Numbered from the stretch's first letter, positions 19,719 to 27,299 are shown. The stretch is DNA of 64,000 nt from an uncultured virus (IMG/VR IMGVR_UViG_3300031578_009156) (IMGVR_UViG_3300031578_009156), one strand, 5' to 3'. The notes: generated from the sequence alone by a model not told the origin. Made by a program: numbers and translations.

Positions 19719-19746
19719 AAGGCCCCTCGCAAGATGAGGGGCCTTT
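19719..19746 (+). terminator. Intrinsic terminator
   Basis: AAGGCCCCTC-gcaagat-GAGGGGCCTT. Confidence 0.7.
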
Positions 19747-19760
19747 CGGTTCCCGCCAAT

Positions 19761-19803
19761 GTGTTGCACCTTGCAACACGTCTTGTGTTGCAACCTGCAA
19801 CAC
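19761..19803. repeat. Two tandem 19-bp palindromes GTGTTGCA-N3-TGCAACAC
   Basis: 19761-19779 and 19785-19803; third copy at 14172-14190. Confidence 0.85.
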
Positions 19804-19988
19804 AACCCCGACAACTGCCCCACCCTGCTGGCCGCCCCACCCCACAGGATGTGCCATGCGGTATCTGTCTGCAATTTCCCTACCACTCCCCGCGATTCCC
19901 CACAATCCCAAATAGCGAAATTCTTACACGCAAACGGATGAAAAACCTATCCGATACCGTGTAATTTTGACCAAAACGGGCCAAATGC

Positions 19989-20017
19989 TTGACAACTGGT
20001 AAGTTAGATGCTATAAT
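19989..20017 (+). promoter_or_regulatory. Consensus promoter of the early small-gene cluster
   Basis: TTGACA-17-TATAAT with extended TG; AACTGGTAAGTT in the spacer. Confidence 0.9.
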
Positions 20018-20186
20018 ATGTCTGTAAGTGAGAGAGACGGAACCTGAACAACCGAACGAGCGGAAACCAGAACCACCACCGGCACCGAGACACGGAGCCA
20101 AGGTAACCTGCGGGAAGGCGAATCGAGTGGACTGGCAGAAGCGGCGGCGGCAGAGACGGGAGGCGGCGGAAGCAGAAGACCTCCCA

Positions 20187-20240
20187 CGGTCTGGCGATGA
20201 ATAAGCGCGCCACTGATGAGGCCCAGTAGGCCGATAACCG
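20187..20240 (+). ncRNA. Type III hammerhead ribozyme (core-insertion variant)
   Basis: CGGU-C^, stem I UGGCG/CGCCA, CUGAUGA, stem II GGCC/GGCC, GAUAA-CCG. Confidence 0.75.
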
Positions 20241-20252
20241 AAAAGGAGCGAA

Positions 20253-20498
20253 ATGGACACCCTGAGCGATACTTTCAATTTGTTCTTCGGCGGGGACGAT
20301 GAGCCAGAGACCAAGGCTTGCACGGACTGCGACGGCACGGACAACTTGACCGTTCTCTACACCAAGGAGAGCGGCAACGCGGTCTGGATCTGCGCAACGT
20401 GTCAGGCACGGCGCGACCGCGAGGCGAAGGAACGGCACGAGCGCGAGGCCGGGCGGGTCCGCACAATGGCGGCCCGTGACGAGTGGGAAGAGGAATAG
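20253..20498 (+). CDS. Small zinc-ribbon protein
   Basis: CTDC..CATC; AAGGAG RBS. Confidence 0.7.
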   Translation: MDTLSDTFNLFFGGDDEPETKACTDCDGTDNLTVLYTKESGNAVWICATCQARRDREAKERHEREAGRVRTMAARDEWEEE

Positions 20499-20529
20499 AC
20501 ACGCAGGGCACGGTGACAGGAGACAGACA

Positions 20530-20832
20530 ATGGTCGGAGATCGTCGGCAGGTTTCGCATGAGCAAAGCTTTAATGCAATCATCGTCAACCTAGTGTGCCA
20601 TCGGGTTGACGAGGGCGACTTGGAGGATTTGTATGAAGCCGTGCTAAAGCGGGCGCGGCGCTTCCTGGTGGACCACGGCTTTACCTGGACCACGGTTAGC
20701 ATAACTGGCCCATTCTACCACGAACAATCGGGAAGCGAGAATATCATCTTCTATGAGGCGCATCTCCAGAGCCCCAACGGCCAATGCTACGAGGCCAAGG
20801 ATGAGATGCAATTCGTGGACTGGTGGAACTGA
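20530..20832 (+). CDS. Hypothetical early protein
   Basis: AGGAG RBS. Confidence 0.6.
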   Translation: MVGDRRQVSHEQSFNAIIVNLVCHRVDEGDLEDLYEAVLKRARRFLVDHGFTWTTVSITGPFYHEQSGSENIIFYEAHLQSPNGQCYEAKDEMQFVDWWN

Positions 20833-20889
20833 GCACGGGCGACAGCGACACGCGGCGGCGAGTGAGAGTAGCCGCAGGGAGATGAGGAG

Positions 20890-21132
20890 ATGAAAGCAGT
20901 AAGCGAGGTCAAGGTAGGGCAACGGGTCGGGATGGTCACAGGGCCAGGACAATGGGGCCGCGTGGGAATGTGCGAGCAGGAAGGCATGATCACAGGCACA
21001 GAAGTGAACAAGTGGGAAGGGCTTGTGGCCGTCATTAGGTGGGATGGCACGGATTACAATGATGCTACCCGAATCATAAAAGAAGACGGGGTGGATTACG
21101 GCATAGGGGTCTACCTGCTGAAAGCGGCCTAA
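20890..21132 (+). CDS. Hypothetical early protein
   Basis: GAGGAG RBS; 80 aa ending LLKAA. Confidence 0.65.
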   Translation: MKAVSEVKVGQRVGMVTGPGQWGRVGMCEQEGMITGTEVNKWEGLVAVIRWDGTDYNDATRIIKEDGVDYGIGVYLLKAA

Positions 21133-21181
21133 TTGCCGCATCCGTGGGGCGCGGCACGGCGACAACGCGCAGGGAGATAAG

Positions 21182-21376
21182 ATGAAAAAGTCACATATTA
21201 CGTATCAGTACTTAGACCATGAAGGCAATGATCGCATCGAAATTTCGCACGATGGCGGCCACAACACCTTCATCATCATTGAGGATGACACGATCACCAT
21301 CCACTCATCCACTGTCCTGATGGATGTGCGGCCACATGGCGCAGTCAACAAGATCGAAGTCAAGATTGAGAAATAG
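21182..21376 (+). CDS. Hypothetical early protein
   Basis: GGGAG RBS; 64 aa. Confidence 0.6.
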   Translation: MKKSHITYQYLDHEGNDRIEISHDGGHNTFIIIEDDTITIHSSTVLMDVRPHGAVNKIEVKIEK

Positions 21377-21386
21377 CGCGGCCTAA

Positions 21387-21579
21387 CCCGCGCAGGCGGC
21401 GGTGCTTGCACCCCGCTCACCATCAACCAACTGGCCGATGGCGTGACGGCCTAGCCTGAGTGATTCCAGGCGAGTAACCGGCGACTGAGAGCACGGCGAC
21501 AGTCGGGTTGGTTGGCGGTGAGGAGGGCGCAAGATACAGGAAACCTCCAGTGGCCCGCGCGGTTGCGGAAATGCGCGGG
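21387..21579 (+). ncRNA. Putative multibranched structured RNA
   Basis: Nested helices 21387-94/21572-79 and 21405-31/21507-33 enclosing three hairpins. Confidence 0.55.
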
Positions 21580-21632
21580 AGGTGTGGTATAATGATGCGG
21601 GGCGCGGCGGCATACGCGCAAGGAGACAAGAA

Positions 21633-21833
21633 ATGACTCTTCGAGATCAGTATCACAGGACCCTTGATGCACTTACAACGGCGCGCGAGCGTTTCATCGT
21701 CCTGAGTGGCAATCCTGTCTTTACAGACCTCTCTGCTACGGAGGAGGACGTGGATGCAGCCTACACAGAAATGACGACCGCATACAAGGTCTTTGCTGCA
21801 TTGCGGGTGAAGGCTGATCAGGTATTCCAATAG
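21633..21833 (+). CDS. Hypothetical early protein
   Basis: AAGGAG RBS. Confidence 0.6.
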   Translation: MTLRDQYHRTLDALTTARERFIVLSGNPVFTDLSATEEDVDAAYTEMTTAYKVFAALRVKADQVFQ

Positions 21834-21873
21834 TACACGGTAGAATGTTCCAGAGAGGCGGCCTGAGCCGCCA

Positions 21874-21927
21874 CCTTAACCCGCCGATGCTCCGTCCCAA
21901 GTCGGAGAGGTGGAAGCGGGAGGGAGG
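21874..21927 (+). ncRNA. Twister-like ribozyme (type P1)
   Basis: CCU-UAAC..CUCCG-UCCCAAG-UCGGAG..GCGG-GAGGG-AGG. Confidence 0.55.
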
Positions 21928-21970
21928 CAACAGACGGGGCGCGACGGTCAGACGCGCAGGGAGGACGACA

Positions 21971-22171
21971 ATGACTAGGATATATACGGAAAATAGGTAT
22001 GCCGATGTCGCCCATGCCGTTGCCGAGGAAATCGGCAAGGCGGGATGGGCCCTCAACGGGGAGCCCTATAATCTGGTGGACAAAGACGATGTGCTCTGGA
22101 TCTCAGAGCGCGCCCTGAGAGGTCAAGACCTCTCAGACATAGAGTGGCATGATGAGGATAAGGCGGCCTGA
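21971..22171 (+). CDS. Hypothetical early protein
   Basis: GGAGG RBS; ends EDKAA. Confidence 0.65.
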   Translation: MTRIYTENRYADVAHAVAEEIGKAGWALNGEPYNLVDKDDVLWISERALRGQDLSDIEWHDEDKAA

Positions 22172-22174
22172 GCC

Positions 22175-22212
22175 GCCGCCGTAACCCACTGAGACCAGGT
22201 CCCAAGCCCTGG
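22175..22212 (+). ncRNA. 5' half of a second twister-like ribozyme (truncated)
   Basis: UAAC and CCAGG-UCCCAAGC-CCUGG present; 3' GAGGG strand missing. Confidence 0.45.
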
Positions 22213-22217
22213 CGGCG

Positions 22218-22481
22218 GGATTCGTCCCCGTCGCTCAGAACGGCGGTACGGTCACATTCCGCTCGGTGCACCAGGCACAGGCAAATGCCCACTACCGCCA
22301 GGTGACATTCGATGGCATTGGACCAGTTGTGCTCGTAAATGAGGCAGCCTTCCGCGGCTCAAAGCCAGGCCGCGTGGTCGGCGGCGAGTTCAAGGTAAAC
22401 GAAACCCGCGCGAGCCGCGAGGCCGCGCAGGCAAAGCGAGAATTGGCGCAGGCAAAGCGCCTGTATCCTGCCGCGTTTTAG
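22218..22481 (+). pseudogene. Probable 5'-truncated early gene
   Basis: Protein-like frame GFVPVAQNGGTVTFRSVHQ..YPAAF* with no RBS or start. Confidence 0.4.
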
Positions 22482-22699
22482 GTATCCTCCCTGCTCCGTT
22501 CGTGACACCGCCACAATGCGTCTGGCTGGGCGGCGGCCTCATCCTGGGGTAACAAACCGCAGGAACAGCTCGACGGCGGCGCAGGGACATTCTCGGCTGG
22601 CTTGCCTCAGTTGTCGGGGCGAGGGATGGAACCAGCGCCAGACGCCCGTAACTGGCACACAAGATGAGGGCTGCGGCTCGTATAACGCAGAGGAGAACT

Positions 22700-22876
22700 A
22701 TGAGCAAGAAGCGTGGTAAAGAGCGAGTACGGGAAGGCAAATGCATCACCTGTGGTGAATCTATCACGGTGTTCTACCGCAACGGCAGGGCATACCGCAC
22801 CAGATGCGCTTGCCAGAACGAGGGGATGGGAGGGCGGAACCGCCAGAACTATCCTGGCATTGATGCGATTACCTAA
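22700..22876 (+). CDS. Small zinc-finger protein
   Basis: CITC..CAC; GAGGAG RBS. Confidence 0.6.
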   Translation: MSKKRGKERVREGKCITCGESITVFYRNGRAYRTRCACQNEGMGGRNRQNYPGIDAIT

Positions 22877-23025
22877 GATGGTGCGAAAGGAGGCACCTGC
22901 CACCCGCGCCAGGGAAAGCCTGGCGGACAATCAGAAGTCGCCCGACAGGGAACGGGCGCATGGCACACACGCCCGCTCCAGGCCGGCAACCTGGGGCGGG
23001 GATATTCAGCAATGAAAGGAGAAAG

Positions 23026-23229
23026 ATGGGCAAGTCTGTAGGTCCATGCAACAAGTGCGGGACTGTCAATAATTCCAACGAACGTAAGACCTGCCAGAAG
23101 TGCGGGACAATCCTGCCCTTCTGGCGCAACACCATCGCCAACTACACGCAGGCAGAGGAAGACGCACGCCGCCGATGGGGCGGCTATTGCGATCTGCTGG
23201 GGCGTCAGGTTCCATACGGGCGTTCCTAG
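23026..23229 (+). CDS. Small zinc-ribbon protein
   Basis: CNKC..CQKC; AAGGAG RBS. Confidence 0.65.
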   Translation: MGKSVGPCNKCGTVNNSNERKTCQKCGTILPFWRNTIANYTQAEEDARRRWGGYCDLLGRQVPYGRS

Positions 23230-23297
23230 CAAGGCCAGGGCGACACCGTGCCCGCTTCGGCAAAGTGGTGTGGCAGCGCGGAGAGCCGCGCCAACCT

Positions 23298-23371
23298 GGG
23301 GGTGAAAAGGTGAGCCTGCGCGAGGGCCTGGAGCCAGCGCAGAAACGCGGGATCGTTACCCGCCACCTCCA
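23298..23371 (+). ncRNA. 74-nt tmRNA-TLD-like / alanine tRNA-like RNA
   Basis: Acceptor GGGGGUG/CACCUCC-A with G3-U; T-arm GCGGG-AUCGUUA-CCCGC; no D stem. Confidence 0.65.
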
Positions 23372-23397
23372 CAATCGGCAGATCCGCCTCCAACTCT

Positions 23398-23430
23398 AAA
23401 GCCCAGCCTCACTATGAGGCTGGGCTTTTT
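23398..23430. terminator. Bidirectional terminator between early cluster and integrase
   Basis: AAAGCCCAGCCTCA-cta-TGAGGCTGGGCTTT. Confidence 0.85.
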
Positions 23431-23439
23431 GCTTTTCCC

Positions 23440-24327
23440 CTACAGCCGCCAGTTATCTCCTGGACTCGTCCGCTTCGCCCGCTCCTCTACATCCTCATCA
23501 CTGAGCGCAGCGAGATACCCCTGCGTCACGTCTATGCTCTCGTGTCCCAGCAGGTGCTGCACGCTGATCAGGTCCATGCCGTGCCGCAGGTGCTCGATCG
23601 CGGCGGTATGGCGGAACTGGTGGGGGTAGACGTGGAAACCAGCGAGCCGACCGAGGCTACCGCAGACACTGCGCACCGTCCGCCGCGAGAACGGGTAACC
23701 ATCGTTCGACAGGAACAGGTGATCATCCCCGACCTGGGCTGGCTCGGGGCGCTCCTCTTTGACGTACAGCCACAAGGCGGACAAGGCACGCTTCCCCAGG
23801 TAGACGTACCGCTGCTTCTTCCCCTTACCCTCTACTTGTACCCGTCCGCTTTGAAAGTCCACGTCGCACAACCGAACACCCGCAATCTCGGAGGCCCGTG
23901 CCCCCGTATCGAGCAGGAACAGGACCACGGCGCGGTTGCGGCGCTTCAGCCGCGTGTGGTCGGTGGCGGCCACCAGGGCGGTTATCTGATCGTGGGTGAG
24001 GGATTTGATCTTCTGGCTGGGTAGCTTGGGCGCTGGGACTGCGCGGGCGGGGTTGACCTCGGCCAGCGCGACCTCTGGCGATACCAGCCAGGCATACAGG
24101 GAGGAGACAACCGCCAGGTGCCGGCGCACCGTGTGACGGGACAGGCCACGGTCGAGGTGGAAGGCCAGGTAACGGCGCACGTCATCGGCGGTCACCTCCC
24201 TGACGTCACAGGCAGCGCGCCACTGCAGGAACTGGCGCAGCATCACGGTATCGGTCTTGATCGTCTCGGGACTGGCGCGGGTGGCTTTGAACAGGAGATA
24301 CCCCTCGATTGCGTCCGCTAGGTTCAT
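23440..24327 (-). CDS. int: Tyrosine recombinase / integrase
   Basis: LDTGARASE (R), GKGKKQR (K), HQFRH (HxxR), LLGH..TQGY. Confidence 0.93.
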   Translation of the reverse strand: MNLADAIEGYLLFKATRASPETIKTDTVMLRQFLQWRAACDVREVTADDVRRYLAFHLDRGLSRHTVRRHLAVVSSLYAWLVSPEVALAEVNPARAVPAPKLPSQKIKSLTHDQITALVAATDHTRLKRRNRAVVLFLLDTGARASEIAGVRLCDVDFQSGRVQVEGKGKKQRYVYLGKRALSALWLYVKEERPEPAQVGDDHLFLSNDGYPFSRRTVRSVCGSLGRLAGFHVYPHQFRHTAAIEHLRHGMDLISVQHLLGHESIDVTQGYLAALSDEDVEERAKRTSPGDNWRL

Positions 24328-24374
24328 CTTGTCTACCCCCTCCCTCTAGCTGGGATCCTCAGAATGTAGCGCAC

Positions 24375-24396
24375 AAAAAACCGCCCGTAGGCGGTT
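24375..24396 (-). terminator. Terminator between the attP half-tRNA and int
   Basis: Minus strand AAACCGCC-tac-GGGCGGTTTTTT. Confidence 0.7.
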
Positions 24397-24463
24397 TCGG
24401 TGCTCTACACTACCCGTAGAGCCTGATTGTAGTGCTCAAATGGAGGGAATGCCCTCGACCGGT

Positions 24464-24505
24464 CAACCCCATTGTAGCGCGCTAGCCAAGCTGCGCCACG
24501 CCCCG
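24464..24505 (-). tRNA. 5' half of tRNA-Pro(GGG) = probable attP core
   Basis: CGGGGCGTGGCGCAGCTTGGCTAGCGCGCTACAATGGGGTTG; stops just after the anticodon loop; adjacent to integrase. Confidence 0.85.
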
Positions 24506-24539
24506 ATTGCCGCACTACACTGTGCCTACGTTGGAGTGT

Positions 24540-24567
24540 AGTATAGCAGAAGGCCAGAAATTGTCAA
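24540..24567 (-). promoter_or_regulatory. Promoter feeding the tRNA fragment
   Basis: TTGACA-16-TATACT on the minus strand. Confidence 0.75.
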
Positions 24568-24679
24568 GTGGCAAGAACGGAGTGTAGCGCGCTAAAGGCA
24601 CGGGCGGCATTGCGGCAGCACGGATCGGGACAGGGAGTGCCCGTCATGCGCCTGGAGCACCGCCGCCCACGTTGCCTGC

Positions 24680-24771
24680 TAACACGTGTTACCACGAATC
24701 GTGATACCTTATACGCCTATCCCCCAGTCGTTGCTCACGTTGCCGCTAACACGTGTTACTAACGCGTGTTA
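24680..24771. repeat. Three palindromes TAACRCGTGTTA
   Basis: 24680-24691, 24747-24758, 24760-24771. Confidence 0.8.
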
Positions 24772-24909
24772 GCACATGACTGGGGAATCTTGCGATGCTG
24801 GGCAAACTCAGGATCACGGACCGCCACCAGGTGCCAGACGGGTATAGGCAATCGCCCCCACTTTAAGAATTTCTTTACCACTAATTATTAAAAGCGTGGT
24901 ATAATTGCA

Positions 24910-26315
24910 ATGCTTCCCCCCCCCAATGCCAGACGGGAGGGGCATCCCGCTCCCTCTCTCTTCGTCCTGGCTCGGACCAGGATATAGAGGGCTGCGGGCA
25001 GACACTTGACAAAAGCAAACATCCGTGCTATATTATACTTATGCACAGCACAGAGTCGGTTGTCATCAAGATACTTAACCCTACACAGTGGAAGCGCCAA
25101 TGGCTTGACGATACTGCCCGCGCCTTCAGTCAGGCCGTCCAGTTTGGCCTTGATGCCGCACGCGAGGACCACACCGACAACCGCACCAGATTGCACAAAT
25201 TGGTCTACCGAGCGGTGCGAGATCAATTTGGCCTTTCTGCCGATTATACCCGCATGTCTGTCAATGCCGTTGTGTCGCTTGCCCGTTCCTACTATGGGCA
25301 ACGGCGCTCCAGGCACATCAAGCGAGTCTCGTTTCCCAAGGTCAATGGCTCACAAGGTATTGGCCTGGGTATCCACTCTTATCGCATCGTCCAAGACAAC
25401 AACCGTCTTGTCCTACGCGTTTCGACTGGACAGCGCGGGCACTATGTATGGCTCGTGTTATGCGTTCCTACCAAGTATCGCGACCGCCTCTTACTCGCCA
25501 AGGGAGATGCTAAACTATTCAAGCGCGGCAATGACTGGTATGTTATGTTGCCCATCCGCGTAACCCCCACGCCTGCCGTCTGTGACGGTGAATCTACGTT
25601 CATCGGCGTTGACCTGGGTATCGTGAGACTGGCAACCGTTTCTACGCCAGACGGCATCACCTTTTTCAGCGGCAAAGAGGCGCGACATAGACGGGAGCAC
25701 TCTGCTGACTTGCGCGGGCGTTACCAGCGCCACAATCGGCTCGATCGCGTCAAGGCGCAAAAGGGCAAGGATACCAGGTATATGCGGGATCTGAACCACA
25801 AGATCAGTGCCACCCTCGTTGACATTGCCCTGCGCTATGACAGGCCAGTGATCGTCTTGGAGCGGTTGGACGGCATCAATAACCGACTCAAGGGCAGCAA
25901 GCGGTTCAAGCGCATGGTATCCTCGTGGACCTTTCGGCAACTGGTGACCTTCATCGAGTACAAAGCCGCTCGCTACAGCATTCCAGTTGTGTTCGCTGAT
26001 CCTCGCGGTACGTCGCGCACCTGCCCGAAATGCGGGCACAGCACACGCGCCAACCGTCCGAATCAATCTCGGTTTCGATGTGTGGCGTGCAACTACCAAG
26101 GCAATGCCGATGCAGTTGCCGCCATAAACATCGCTGCCCTTGGGCCTGGTGTCCTTGGGCAAGAGCCGACTGACACGGCTCGGGCTTCGGCCCAGACTGA
26201 ACCCGTTGGGGTTCGGCCCGATGTGGTCAAGGTTGATACGATTCTTTCGTGTCAGCAAACCACAACCTCCAGTTCCTTGCAGGAACCTCCCCGCTTTGGC
26301 GGGGAGAGGATGTCA
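24910..26315 (+). mobile_element. IS200/IS605-family tnpB-only element (left end approximate)
   Basis: tnpB; right-end hairpin CTCCCCGC-tttg-GCGGGGAG then GGATGTCA; hairpin-rich left region; no tnpA. Confidence 0.7.
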
Positions 26316-26354
26316 GGGTTAACCCCGTACTCTCCAGGGTATAAGGGATTGTGA
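25041..26354 (+). CDS. tnpB: TnpB RNA-guided nuclease
   Basis: GVDLG, IVLERL, CPKC..CVAC, NADAVAAINI; leaderless after TTGACA-17-TATATT. Confidence 0.92.
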   Translation: MHSTESVVIKILNPTQWKRQWLDDTARAFSQAVQFGLDAAREDHTDNRTRLHKLVYRAVRDQFGLSADYTRMSVNAVVSLARSYYGQRRSRHIKRVSFPKVNGSQGIGLGIHSYRIVQDNNRLVLRVSTGQRGHYVWLVLCVPTKYRDRLLLAKGDAKLFKRGNDWYVMLPIRVTPTPAVCDGESTFIGVDLGIVRLATVSTPDGITFFSGKEARHRREHSADLRGRYQRHNRLDRVKAQKGKDTRYMRDLNHKISATLVDIALRYDRPVIVLERLDGINNRLKGSKRFKRMVSSWTFRQLVTFIEYKAARYSIPVVFADPRGTSRTCPKCGHSTRANRPNQSRFRCVACNYQGNADAVAAINIAALGPGVLGQEPTDTARASAQTEPVGVRPDVVKVDTILSCQQTTTSSSLQEPPRFGGERMSGLTPYSPGYKGL

Positions 26355-26365
26355 GCGAGACTTTG

Positions 26366-26460
26366 ACAACCGTCAATCCACTAAGGGGTAATCCAGTAAC
26401 GGTTCATCCATCAACGGTTAATCACTTACTCATGAAGCAGAACCATGTAAACCAGAACCA
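26366..26460. repeat. 15-bp-period iteron-like repeats (candidate origin)
   Basis: ACAACCGTCAATCCA/CTAAGGGGTAATCCA/GTAACGGTTCATCCA/TCAACGGTTAATCAC then 2x AANCAGAACCA. Confidence 0.6.
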
Positions 26461-26788
26461 GTACATGTATTCGCTCCAGTTTTCAGGTTTCAGCGACACC
26501 TTTCCGAGTGCTCATTGGTGTTCACATCACTGCGTCCTTTGGGCAGAGGGCGATAGACAACAAAGGGGGCTTTGTCGTCATGGGCAGTCAACGGAATCTC
26601 CTCACGGCCAGACAGTCATCGTTGTGCGTTCTCACGGGTTTACAACCCCTCATCGGTTCCATTGTCCGCCACCTCATCCCCAGGCGCGTGATCGCCCGCA
26701 GCGCACTCCTGTGCGCGCTGGCGGCTCACCGCAAAGGGGACTCGAACCGCAAGGTCACGCGGGTGATGGAAAGGTACACGCGGAGGCG

Positions 26789-27136
26789 TTAGCGCTTCCC
26801 GCGTGACAGCAAAAACTCCACGTACTCCAAAACCCGCTCGCGTTCCGCCGGCGCGAGGCGGTCGAATAACTCCATCATTTTGACGGCCTCCCTCTTTTCC
26901 CCATTGGTAGGGAGGGGCGGCAATATCCCCGCTTGCCTCAATATTTCCTCTTTAGGTACGTGCAACGCGCGGGCAATGCGCGTCAGTATCTTGGTGCCAG
27001 GGGTGTCGCCCGATAGAATCTGACTGATGCGGGCGTGAGATACATCTGCTTTCCTGGCAAGGTCGCTCTGGCTCCAGTCCCGTACCTCCATTTCCCCTAA
27101 CAGCCACTTTACAAAACCCTCATTTCTCGTTGTCAC
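26789..27136 (-). CDS. XRE-family HTH repressor (CI-like)
   Basis: WSQSDLARKADVSHARISQILSG; divergent from the main early operon. Confidence 0.88.
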   Translation of the reverse strand: MTTRNEGFVKWLLGEMEVRDWSQSDLARKADVSHARISQILSGDTPGTKILTRIARALHVPKEEILRQAGILPPLPTNGEKREAVKMMELFDRLAPAERERVLEYVEFLLSRGKR

Positions 27137-27206
27137 TCTAATAACCTCCGTAGATAGTTATTTTACCACGAAACTCGTCAGAAACCTTAACATTTTCGCT
27201 TACCCC

Positions 27207-27235
27207 TTGACAAATGGCGAAACATCTGCTATAAT
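27207..27235 (+). promoter_or_regulatory. Rightward lytic promoter
   Basis: TTGACA-17-TATAAT with extended TG. Confidence 0.9.
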
Positions 27236-27299
27236 ATTGACGTATTTCAGTAATCAGATTGAGAACACACTCAGGACAGAAAGTTGACAGGAGCAGCGA

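Noticed and set aside
22245..22256. 12-nt match (GGTACGGTCACA) to CRISPR spacer 1; also 11-nt matches of spacers 2 and 3 near 6234 and 21387
   Set aside because: Too short, flanks do not match, and such matches are expected by chance in 64 kb; not evidence of self-targeting
24464..24505. Functional phage tRNA-Pro
   Set aside because: No T-arm or 3' acceptor strand follows; it is only a fragment
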